Assembly: GCA_020724885.1 (NCBI GenBank) | Contig: DYGD01000003.1 | Location: 3,103 to 67,102, forward strand | Source: Candidatus Paceibacter sp. | Lineage (GTDB): Bacteria; Patescibacteriota; Minisyncoccia; Phycocordibacterales; BOKC01 | Reading direction: 5' to 3' | Length of the DNA: 64,000 bases | Translations under genes and position numbers: made by a program | Shown: positions 9,432-17,647 of the stretch, one piece after another | Layout: every line of letters starts with the position of its first letter | Position numbering within the stretch: the first letter of the stretch is position 1 | The notes under the pieces: model-generated | Told to the model about the DNA's origin: nothing | What the model saw: only the letters and a program-made list of their open reading frames with translations | The model's database searches: none

Positions 9432-9871
9432 AAAATTTTTATTTGTCTGACATCCCCTCCCAGATGTCGCAGTTCTATTTTGACGCAATTTTCAGGCAAA
9501 AGCCCCCCGACTCTTTCCGGCCATTCTACAAAGATAATGTTCTCGCCATTTTCTAAAATTTCTTGCCAGCCGAGCTTCGCTAGTTCATCGGAAGATTCCA
9601 AGCGATAAGCATCTATGTGCACCAAGGTCTTAAAACAAGAATCGCGAACCTTGTAATTTTTCATAATCACAAAGGTCGGACTGATTATATTACTCTCAAT
9701 TCCAAAGTGTTCTGCCAAAAAACCGACTAGGGTCGTTTTGCCGGTCCCCAATTCACCAGAGAGGCAGACAATGACTGCGTGCGCCCCGACACCGCCCAGC
9801 TTCAATAATTTTGAGTGGATTTCTCCCGCCAAAAGACCTGTCTCTTCTCGGTTTTTGCAAATTGTTTCCAT
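9401..9871 (-). CDS. tsaE: tRNA t6A biosynthesis ATPase TsaE
   Basis: GELGTGKTT, SPTFV, HIDAYRL, VEWPE. Confidence 0.92.
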   Translation of the reverse strand: METICKNREETGLLAGEIHSKLLKLGGVGAHAVIVCLSGELGTGKTTLVGFLAEHFGIESNIISPTFVIMKNYKVRDSCFKTLVHIDAYRLESSDELAKLGWQEILENGENIIFVEWPERVGGLLPENCVKIELRHLGGDVRQIKILWPEKKKTKK

Positions 9872-10008
9872 AAAGATATTCTACCAAAACCTTCTGTCTT
9901 TGCCTTGTTTGTCCAAAATCAACAAAAAGAGTAAAATTAGAGACACGCATCAAGCGAAATCTTGTTTCGGCCACATCAAAAATTTCGAATTTTTTTCATA
10001 AATTTCGT

Positions 10009-11694
10009 ATGCCCAAATTCCAAGACGAAAAACAAAATTTAAAACTGGAAGAGTTGAGAAAACAAGAGGCCGAGGATTTGGCCAAAACCTTGTCTGAAAA
10101 ATATAATCTACCCTACATAGACCTGACAATCAGTCCAATCAATATAGAGGCCTTAAGAATAATAAACAAGAAAGACGCCGAGGAACACGGCTTAACCGCT
10201 TTTGACATCATAAACAAAAAGCTGAAAATTGGCATCTTGGCTCCAAAAAACCTTAAAAGCCGAGAATATATTGAAATTTTAAAGCGGAAAGGATACGAGC
10301 CAGAACTCTATATGGTTTCTCAAGAGGGCTTAAATAGAGCGTGGGAACGGTATGAAGATCTCCACGCCGACACAAAGACCAGGAAAGGTGGTCTGGACAT
10401 TTCAAACGACGAAATTTTAAAGTTGATAAAAACAACCGGCAGTTTGGAAAATATAAAAAACTTGGTTGAAAATAGTTTGTCTGAAAAAAGTGTTTATCGG
10501 ATATCAAAGATATTTGAAGTAATCTTGGCTGGCGCCCTAGCGACAAAAGCGTCCGATATTCATTTGGAACCAGAAGCGGATTATGTTCGCCTTCGGTACC
10601 GACTGGACGGGGTTTTGACCGACATACTTAACTTTGATACCGCGACATACAAACGATTGCTTTCAAGAATAAAACTGCTGTCGGGTTTAAAGTTAAACAT
10701 CACCAGCCAAGCCCAAGACGGCCGTTTCAGTATCGGCTTGAAAGATAAGGAAATAGAAGTAAGAACCTCTATCCTGCCGGGCGCGTATGCAGAAACCATT
10801 GTCTTGAGAATTCTTGATCCCAAAGCTATTTCCGTACCTTTGGAAGAACTGGGGATTCATCCCCGATTGCTACAAATTTTGTTGTATGAAATAAGCAAGC
10901 CGAACGGTATGATTTTAAACACCGGCCCGACCGGCTCCGGCAAAACCACGACTCTTTACGCATTCTTAAAAAAAATCCACCAACCCGGGATAAAAATAAT
11001 TACAATTGAAAACCCGATTGAATACCACCTGCCAGGGATAGTCCAAACCCAAACTGATGCCAAGCAAGGTTATACATTTCTTTCCGGCTTAAGAAGCGCT
11101 TTGCGCCAAGATCCAGATGTTATTATGGTCGGCGAAATTAGAGACCAAGAAACCGCGGAAGTTGCTGTCAATTCGGCTCTGACCGGACACTTGGTTTTTT
11201 CCACCCTGCACACAAACAATGCCGCCGGCACTTTTCCTCGGCTTATAGATTTAAAAATAAATCCAAAAATATTAACTTCGGCTATCAACGTCGCCATGGC
11301 GCAAAGATTAACCAGAAGATTGTGCGATTCTTGTAAAAAACCCAAAAACTTATCGGGCCAAGAAAAAAATAAAGTAGATAAAATTATTAACTCAATCAGA
11401 GACAAAAGCTATCTTGAAAATGTTCAGACAAAACAAACATGGGAAGCAGTCGGATGCAAAAAATGCAATTTTACAGGATTTAGCGGCAGAATCGGTGTCT
11501 ATGAAGCAATCAGAACCGACGAGAACATAGAGATGGTTATTCAGAAAAATCCAAGCGAACGAGAAATTAATAAAGCAGCCGAGGGACAAAATATTTTGAA
11601 TATGGCCCAAGATGGAACGATTAAAATCTTGCAAGGGATCACTTCCCTAACAGAGCTAGAAAGAGTGGTGGATTTGTCTTCCGAAAAGGTGTGA
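10009..11694 (+). CDS. pilB: GspE/PilB-family assembly ATPase with N-terminal domain
   Basis: ASDIHLEP, GPTGSGKTTTL, LRQDPDVIMVGEIRD, tetracysteine motif. Confidence 0.88.
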   Translation: MPKFQDEKQNLKLEELRKQEAEDLAKTLSEKYNLPYIDLTISPINIEALRIINKKDAEEHGLTAFDIINKKLKIGILAPKNLKSREYIEILKRKGYEPELYMVSQEGLNRAWERYEDLHADTKTRKGGLDISNDEILKLIKTTGSLENIKNLVENSLSEKSVYRISKIFEVILAGALATKASDIHLEPEADYVRLRYRLDGVLTDILNFDTATYKRLLSRIKLLSGLKLNITSQAQDGRFSIGLKDKEIEVRTSILPGAYAETIVLRILDPKAISVPLEELGIHPRLLQILLYEISKPNGMILNTGPTGSGKTTTLYAFLKKIHQPGIKIITIENPIEYHLPGIVQTQTDAKQGYTFLSGLRSALRQDPDVIMVGEIRDQETAEVAVNSALTGHLVFSTLHTNNAAGTFPRLIDLKINPKILTSAINVAMAQRLTRRLCDSCKKPKNLSGQEKNKVDKIINSIRDKSYLENVQTKQTWEAVGCKKCNFTGFSGRIGVYEAIRTDENIEMVIQKNPSEREINKAAEGQNILNMAQDGTIKILQGITSLTELERVVDLSSEKV

Positions 11695-11734
11695 ATTAAT
11701 CACTTGTTTTGTAAGACGGGTTGTGAAATGATTA

Positions 11735-11902
11735 AAAAATCAAAAACACAAACCTCTAAGCAGCACTTTTAAGTGGAACAAAAAAGTATGGTGTTTGGCT
11801 AAGGATAGTTCCAGCCGAGGCCAAAAGGTCCTCGCCAAAAACCAAAAGGTCCGGAGACCCGTTGCTTAGAGGTTTGTGTTTTCAATTTCAAAAACCCTAA
11901 CC
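11735..11902 (-). ncRNA. Putative small long-hairpin RNA (6S-like or sRNA)
   Basis: TTGACA-N17-TAGGAT promoter at 11937-11909; 22-bp closing stem (11743-11764/11861-11882, 21/22 match); U-rich end; no ORF. Confidence 0.45.
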
Positions 11903-11976
11903 TCTGGTATCCTAGCATAAAAGATTGCCTGTGTCAAATGTTTCCCTAACCGACCCAAACGGGGTAAAATTTAGCT

Positions 11977-13050
11977 ATGGCTAAAAAAGAAAGCGGAATA
12001 AATCCTCCGTCCCGCCCCGATTCCGCTAAAGCGGAATCGGGGCGGGACACCTCCTTTAGAAAAGTAGGAATAAATAGCGATTTTCAGTACTTAGACCAAA
12101 AACTCCGGCCAAGCCGTTGGGACGAATACATCGGGCAAAAAAACATAAAAGATAATCTGCATATTTTGCTGTCAGCGGCAAAAGAAAGAGAGCACCCGCC
12201 AGAGCATATTCTGTTCTACGGCCCGCCGGGCTTAGGAAAAACCACCCTGGCACACCTTATCGCCAAAGAAATCAACGCTCAAATTAAAATAACTTCCGGT
12301 CCGGCGATTGAAAGAGTTGGCGATTTGGCTTCAATTTTGACCAACCTCTCTCCGGGCGATATTTTGTTCATTGATGAAGTCCACCGCTTGCATAAAACCA
12401 TAGAAGAAGTCCTATACCCAGCAATGGAGTCCGGCAGTTTGGATATTGTCCTCGGCAAAGGCCCTTCGGCCAGAACCGTTCAGTTGGAGTTGCCACCCTT
12501 CACTTTAATCGCCGCTACCACCAGAATTGCCATGCTGTCGTCTCCCCTTCGCAGTCGCTTTTCCGGTGGCGTCTTTAGATTGGAATATTATAATCAGGAA
12601 GAAATCGCCGAGATTATCCGCCGTTCGGCCAAAATCTTAGGAATTAAGATAGAAAATAAAGCGGTGGAAGAAATCGCCAAACGAAGCCGATTCACTCCGC
12701 GTACCGCAAACTATTTTCTGAAGCGATGTCGCGATTTTGCGCAAATTAAAAAAACCAGTTTGACGGAAGGAGTCGTGACTGAAGCATTGAAAATGCTTGG
12801 TATTGACGAAGTCGGTCTTTGGCCATCCGACCGAAAAATTTTGGAAGTCATAGCCCACAACTTCCGAGGCGGGCCGGTCGGACTCAACACTTTAGCCGCC
12901 TCAATTTCCGAAGAATCGGCAACAATTGAAGAATACAACGAGCCATATCTGATTCAAATCGGTTTTTTGGAACGAACTCCAAGAGGCCGAGCGGTTACCA
13001 GTTTCGGACTTAAACACATCAACAAACAAAAAGAAGGTTTGTTTAAATAA
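11977..13050 (+). CDS. ruvB: Holliday junction helicase RuvB
   Basis: LRP..W.EYIGQ, GPPGLGKTT, FIDEVHRL, ERTPRGR. Confidence 0.97.
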   Translation: MAKKESGINPPSRPDSAKAESGRDTSFRKVGINSDFQYLDQKLRPSRWDEYIGQKNIKDNLHILLSAAKEREHPPEHILFYGPPGLGKTTLAHLIAKEINAQIKITSGPAIERVGDLASILTNLSPGDILFIDEVHRLHKTIEEVLYPAMESGSLDIVLGKGPSARTVQLELPPFTLIAATTRIAMLSSPLRSRFSGGVFRLEYYNQEEIAEIIRRSAKILGIKIENKAVEEIAKRSRFTPRTANYFLKRCRDFAQIKKTSLTEGVVTEALKMLGIDEVGLWPSDRKILEVIAHNFRGGPVGLNTLAASISEESATIEEYNEPYLIQIGFLERTPRGRAVTSFGLKHINKQKEGLFK

Positions 13051-13111
13051 AGTTTCATTCACGGCAAGGGCTCCCCTAGTAAGAAGGGGAGCCCTTGCCA
13101 TATTCCGTTAT

Positions 13112-13150
13112 AAAAAATAACCCTCCGTCTGCCGAAGCAAACAGAGGGTC
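13112..13150 (-). terminator. Intrinsic terminator / hairpin after the DGR-target-like gene
   Basis: GACCCTCTGTTTGC-TTCG-GCAGACGGAGGGTT-ATTTTTT on the minus strand. Confidence 0.75.
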
Positions 13151-13172
13151 AAGGGGTCCAAGTGCCAAAGTG

Positions 13173-13835
13173 TCAGCTTGCGGCAGACACAGTGGCAGAG
13201 GGCCCAAGAACAGAATTACTGCGAGAGAACACCATGAGGCCAGCGTCCCACCTGCCCGGGTACTCAACGGGGTCGGCGCGGACGAGCCAGCCGTCGCCAT
13301 CCCAGAAGACGTAGACCGCGCGAAGGACGCCATTCCGGTCGTGAGCGTAGAAGATGTTGGCACGGCCGTTGTTCAAGAGAACGCCGGCTTCGCCGTTCTT
13401 CTGTAGTGTCATGAGGTGGTAGATATGTCTGAGTGTCGTTCTTGGGTTCTCCTCCCCGCCGAGTTCGGCGATGATGGGTCCGTCCACCTCTTGTCTTGTG
13501 AGCTTGTAGTAGCAGAGAGTGGCATAGCTTTCCGGCTCTTCTGCCATCCCGCCGAAGTAGTTTCGGAAGTTGTATCCGATGAAAGAGATATTGACCGGAG
13601 CTTTTGGACTTGTGTCCACCTTGAAGTGGTCGTCCACGATGAACGGCTCCGTGCCGGCCGGCACATCCACAGTGCCGATGTGTTGGAGGAGTAGTGGCTT
13701 GGAAGCTTCGTTGATCTGAAACTCCACCGTTCCGTTGAGAACACCGATGACGGTTTTCGCGCCTCCAACCTTCTTGACGAAGGCGTTCAGTTGTCCGACG
13801 GTTAGACTGGCAGATGCGAATTCGGGTGAACTCAT
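13173..13835 (-). CDS. Probable DGR variable (target) protein with C-terminal variable region
   Basis: C-terminus RAVYVFWDGDGWLVRADPVEYPGRWDAGLMVFSR with NNC codons at the putative variable positions; SD AAGGAG; GC-rich. Confidence 0.7.
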   Translation of the reverse strand: MSSPEFASASLTVGQLNAFVKKVGGAKTVIGVLNGTVEFQINEASKPLLLQHIGTVDVPAGTEPFIVDDHFKVDTSPKAPVNISFIGYNFRNYFGGMAEEPESYATLCYYKLTRQEVDGPIIAELGGEENPRTTLRHIYHLMTLQKNGEAGVLLNNGRANIFYAHDRNGVLRAVYVFWDGDGWLVRADPVEYPGRWDAGLMVFSRSNSVLGPSATVSAAS

Positions 13836-13976
13836 CTTTACTCCTTGCCCTTGCTCGGGCGGTTTGATTTGCTCTAATCCGAGCTAGGAGCCATGCCAAC
13901 ATGGTCATAGCCAGAAAACCTCTATATTTCAAGGTCTTTTGGCTATGACCATAGTATCCTTATCCGCAAGTATAAC

Positions 13977-14026
13977 TTCAAAGAGCAAAACTGCTTCTAG
14001 TATACACTAAAGTAGTTTTTTGTCAA
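13977..14026 (-). promoter_or_regulatory. sigma70 promoter TTGACA-N16-TATACT followed by boxA-like TGCTCTTTGAA
   Basis: Read directly from the reverse complement. Confidence 0.7.
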
Positions 14027-14064
14027 TCTTACGAGTGAAAACTCTGATGATATACTACAAACTA

Positions 14065-14163
14065 CCCCGAACTAAAGCACAGCTTAGTACGGGACAGGCT
14101 TACTATCCCGACACGCAAAGCGGTCGGGATCCCGTACCTCCGGCAAAGCCGAAGCGTCGGGAC
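14065..14163. repeat. Cluster of REP-like palindromes
   Basis: CCCGAACTAA..TTAGTACGGG; ATCCCGAC..GTCGGGAT; a related CCCGAC..GTCGGGA copy at ~62076-62104. Confidence 0.6.
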
Positions 14164-14178
14164 TAACTACAAACTAAC

Positions 14179-14706
14179 TTGGCTGGTCACAACAAATGGT
14201 CAAAAGTTAAGAGGAAAAAGGCGGTTACCGACGCTCAAAAGAGCAAGCTTTTCAGCAAGGCTGTAAAACTGATCAGCGCTGAAGCCAAAAAGTCCGGCGG
14301 AGTAGAGTCCGTCGGTCTAAAGTCGGCGATTGAAAAAGCCAAGGAGGCAAATGTTCCAAAAGATGTCATTGAAAGAGCGGTCAAAAAAGCCAAGGAAAGC
14401 GCGTCACAAGAAGCAATAACCTATGAGGCCTATGGTCCGGGCGGAGTAGCGATAATCATTGAAGCATTAACTGAAAACCGCAACAAAGCGGTGGCGGAAA
14501 TAAAACATATTTTGTCAAAACACGGTTTTGCCTTGGCCACTACAGGCAGTGCTGTTTGGGCTTTCAAGAAAGAGCCGGCTGGGAGCGATTGGCAACCGGC
14601 CAACACCCTTAAACTCTCTGCCGAAGACGAAGAAAAACTCGGCGCCCTAATTGATGACTTGGAAGAAAACGACGAGGTTCAAGAGGTTTTTACCAACGCA
14701 GAGTAA
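14179..14706 (+). CDS. yebC: YebC/PmpR-family protein (short form, TTG start)
   Basis: MAGHNKWSKVKRKK, YEAYGPGGVAIIIE.LTEN.N, DEVQEVFTN. Confidence 0.9.
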   Translation: MAGHNKWSKVKRKKAVTDAQKSKLFSKAVKLISAEAKKSGGVESVGLKSAIEKAKEANVPKDVIERAVKKAKESASQEAITYEAYGPGGVAIIIEALTENRNKAVAEIKHILSKHGFALATTGSAVWAFKKEPAGSDWQPANTLKLSAEDEEKLGALIDDLEENDEVQEVFTNAE

Positions 14707-14712
14707 AAAGCT

Positions 14713-14979
14713 ATGGAGGATATTTCAAGTTTTCTAAAAAAATTTCGCTTGCTGGTCAAAGATGGTAGCGAACAAAAGAAAATGGTTGCCGGTGTTCTAA
14801 AACCTTTTTGCAGTTGCGACATTCTACCGAGTGAAATAGATTTTCGCCAAAGAAGAATTTACTTGAAAACAAACAGAACCCAACCCGCCGACAAAAACAA
14901 CATATTCCTGAATAAAAAAGAAATTATAGAAAAAATAAATAAAGAAACCGGACTAAGTTTTGAAGACATCGGTTTTTAA
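14713..14979 (+). CDS. Hypothetical protein (possibly DciA/DUF721-like)
   Basis: 88-aa ORF co-oriented with yebC; KNNIFLNKKEIIEKIN helix; family call is weak. Confidence 0.5.
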   Translation: MEDISSFLKKFRLLVKDGSEQKKMVAGVLKPFCSCDILPSEIDFRQRRIYLKTNRTQPADKNNIFLNKKEIIEKINKETGLSFEDIGF

Positions 14980-15009
14980 ACATTCTCCTAACATTTATAA
15001 CAATCTCGG

Positions 15010-17511
15010 TTAGTCAAGAAAAACAAAATCTGCCTCAACTTCAGCTCGATTGAACACCGAATCATAGACAACGGCCTTAAGAGTGTTTTCTCCCTCAAGC
15101 GCTCCAACTTCTACGGGAACAAAAGAGAATGTGAAATTTGGTCCGTTCTCCGAGTTCCCTAAATATCCTTCATTCAAGAAAAATTCGGTTTTAACCCTTG
15201 GATAAAAACCGCCCGTATTCAAACTAACATTGATTCTTTGATTTAAATCAAATCTTGAGCCGGAATTTGGGGTTGAAAAATTAGCAGTTGGAAACCTGGC
15301 GGGAATATGAACATCGTCATACTCTTTCGGCACATCATTTTCAGTTAATTCCTTTATACCCTGCCGCACCACCCACTCTCTGACAGAAAAATCCCAAAGA
15401 GAATATTGAGGGTCTCTTGCGGGGTTGGCCGGCCGTGGCCCTCTCGGCGCATCTTTATCAAGCCAGTGCAAAATTGTTCGGACTTCGCCAATTACAACTT
15501 CTTCCATGGTTTCTTTGGGAGTAAATTCGGTCGCCAACTTACCGGAAATCCTGTCAATGAAAAAGGACTCCCCGCCCTGCCAAATCCCCCTAAGAACGGG
15601 TTTCAGATCTTCCGTTTCGGTCGGCATATCAGGCAAAGGGTTGGAAAATCTTTCGTCCGGAAAAAGAGGCAGGACCTCATCCATAAATGCTCTCCAAAAA
15701 GGCGCGATTATAAAACCAGCGATCTGCTTTTCCATTGGCCTATTATCATTATTGCCTGCCCAAGCGCCAACCGCCAAGCCGGGTGTATAGCCGACAATCC
15801 AAGCATCGCGATAATCATTAGTGGTTCCTGTTTTGACCGCTACCTGCCGGGTCTGAAAATTCAAAGGAGAATTTTGGCCAAAAGCCGGGGCCCGGGCGGT
15901 GTTATCAGACAAAACGTCAGAAATTTTCCTAGCAATATTTTCTTGAAGCACGATTCTCGGCTCAACATTCGCCTTTTCCAAAATTTTGCCAGAGGAATCA
16001 GAAATTTCCAATACGCTGTTATAAGGGATTCTTACCCCATCATTGGCAAACACCCCATACGCGCTCACCAGATCAAGCAAGGACACCTCGCCACCACCCA
16101 AAACCAGTGTTAGTCCGTACTGATTGGCATCTTTCAAATTCTGAATTCCCATTGCTCGAGCCAAGCTCAAGGTCTGTTGCAAACCAGCAAGATAAAGAGT
16201 TTTAACCGAGGGAACATTAACCGACTGCGCCAGCGCTTCTCTCATTGTCATTGGCCCACGAAATACATTGTCATAGTTTTGTGGAGCATAACAATTTACA
16301 CCAACACCTTGGGGCGAACAGCCGGCGGTAAAAACGGTCGGCAAATCAAATAAAGAGGTCTCCGGGGTGTAGCCCTTGTTGAAGGCGGCGGCATAGGCAA
16401 ACGGCTTGAAAGCAGAGCCCGGCTGACGATAAGCGGTAGCAACATTAAAATTGCCGTCTATCTCCTCATCAAAATAATCACGAGAACCAACCATCGTCAG
16501 AATCTCACCCGTCTTTGGAGAAACTGCGACCAAAGATATGTTTTCTGCATTAAAATCAACCGTGTTGCGCAGAGCGAAGTTTTTTGCCAAATCTTCGGCT
16601 TTTTTTTGAATTTCATAATCAAGAGTGGTTATAACCTTGAGACCTCCAGTTTCCAAAACCTGCTGGCCGTATTTTTCCTCCAAGGTTTCTTTCACAAACA
16701 TAACAAAATGTGGGGCCTTTATTCCGGCATCCTCCCGCGACCTAAATTCAGTTTTCTCTTCCAAAGCCCGCTCGTATTCTTCTGTGTTAATAAAACCGTG
16801 ACGCAACATTTCTCTTAAAACCAGATTTTTTCTGTTTTCCAACCTTTCTCTGTTAGCCGGCTGGTAAGGAGAATAAAAAGACGGGGCCTGCGGTAGGGCC
16901 GCTAAATAAGCGGCCTCAACCAAAGTTACCTCGGATGCCTTTTTTCCGAAAAAAGCGCTGGAGGCCTCTTCAACTCCATACAAGTTTCCGCCATAAGGGC
17001 TTTCGTTTAAATATATCGCTAGGATCTCGTCTTTGGTTAAAACATTTTCAAGTTTTACCGCCAAAACCCATTCTTTGATTTTTCTGGAAATTCTTTTTTC
17101 TGTGGTCAAAAGAGAGTTTTTAATAACTTGTTGAGTAATTGTTGAACCGCCCTGCCTGAAACCCAGAGAACCAATGTTCACCAAAATAGCCCTAATAGTA
17201 GAGCGGATCTGGACACCGCCATGATTGTAAAAATCAGCATCTTCTATAGCCAAAGTCGCTTTCTTTATGTGCTCCGAAATTTCCTCAATCGGCACAATCG
17301 TCCTTTTAATATTTTGTGACAGGTCAAACAAAAGAGTTTCGCCAGTTCTATCATATATTTTAGTAGATTGGGCTAAAATTCTCTGATTAAAAGATTGCAG
17401 GTCTGGAATTTTAAAGGTTGAAATCCAAACAGCCAAAAAACCAGCCGCTAAAAAGCCGGCGATCAAAACGCATATTGCTAAAATTTTAATTTTTGATTTT
17501 AAACCTCTCAT
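15010..17511 (-). CDS. Class A penicillin-binding protein (transglycosylase/transpeptidase) with C-terminal Ig-like domain
   Basis: EDADFYNH.G, GGSTITQQ, SAFK, SVN, KTGTT; start set at ATG 17511. Confidence 0.93.
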   Translation of the reverse strand: MRGLKSKIKILAICVLIAGFLAAGFLAVWISTFKIPDLQSFNQRILAQSTKIYDRTGETLLFDLSQNIKRTIVPIEEISEHIKKATLAIEDADFYNHGGVQIRSTIRAILVNIGSLGFRQGGSTITQQVIKNSLLTTEKRISRKIKEWVLAVKLENVLTKDEILAIYLNESPYGGNLYGVEEASSAFFGKKASEVTLVEAAYLAALPQAPSFYSPYQPANRERLENRKNLVLREMLRHGFINTEEYERALEEKTEFRSREDAGIKAPHFVMFVKETLEEKYGQQVLETGGLKVITTLDYEIQKKAEDLAKNFALRNTVDFNAENISLVAVSPKTGEILTMVGSRDYFDEEIDGNFNVATAYRQPGSAFKPFAYAAAFNKGYTPETSLFDLPTVFTAGCSPQGVGVNCYAPQNYDNVFRGPMTMREALAQSVNVPSVKTLYLAGLQQTLSLARAMGIQNLKDANQYGLTLVLGGGEVSLLDLVSAYGVFANDGVRIPYNSVLEISDSSGKILEKANVEPRIVLQENIARKISDVLSDNTARAPAFGQNSPLNFQTRQVAVKTGTTNDYRDAWIVGYTPGLAVGAWAGNNDNRPMEKQIAGFIIAPFWRAFMDEVLPLFPDERFSNPLPDMPTETEDLKPVLRGIWQGGESFFIDRISGKLATEFTPKETMEEVVIGEVRTILHWLDKDAPRGPRPANPARDPQYSLWDFSVREWVVRQGIKELTENDVPKEYDDVHIPARFPTANFSTPNSGSRFDLNQRINVSLNTGGFYPRVKTEFFLNEGYLGNSENGPNFTFSFVPVEVGALEGENTLKAVVYDSVFNRAEVEADFVFLD

Positions 17512-17647
17512 GTGTTCAAAAAACCCACAAAAACAAATATTAGCACGAATCAACAAATATGATACATTTATAAGCGACGCCAAGCGAGAACGAAGGCCTG
17601 CCAGATAACTAATCTCGCCCATCAAATAAGCAACACAAAATTCTCAA

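Noticed and set aside
13076-13932. Several overlapping alternative ORFs around the DGR-target gene
   Set aside because: Shadow ORFs expected in GC-rich DNA; only 13173-13835 has an SD and a protein-like sequence.
14179-14706. Short YebC as a pseudogene
   Set aside because: Both termini are intact and in frame; more likely a streamlined variant lacking the middle domain.
17515-17647. T-box riboswitch upstream of tyrS
   Set aside because: Leader too short, with no T-box consensus or terminator.
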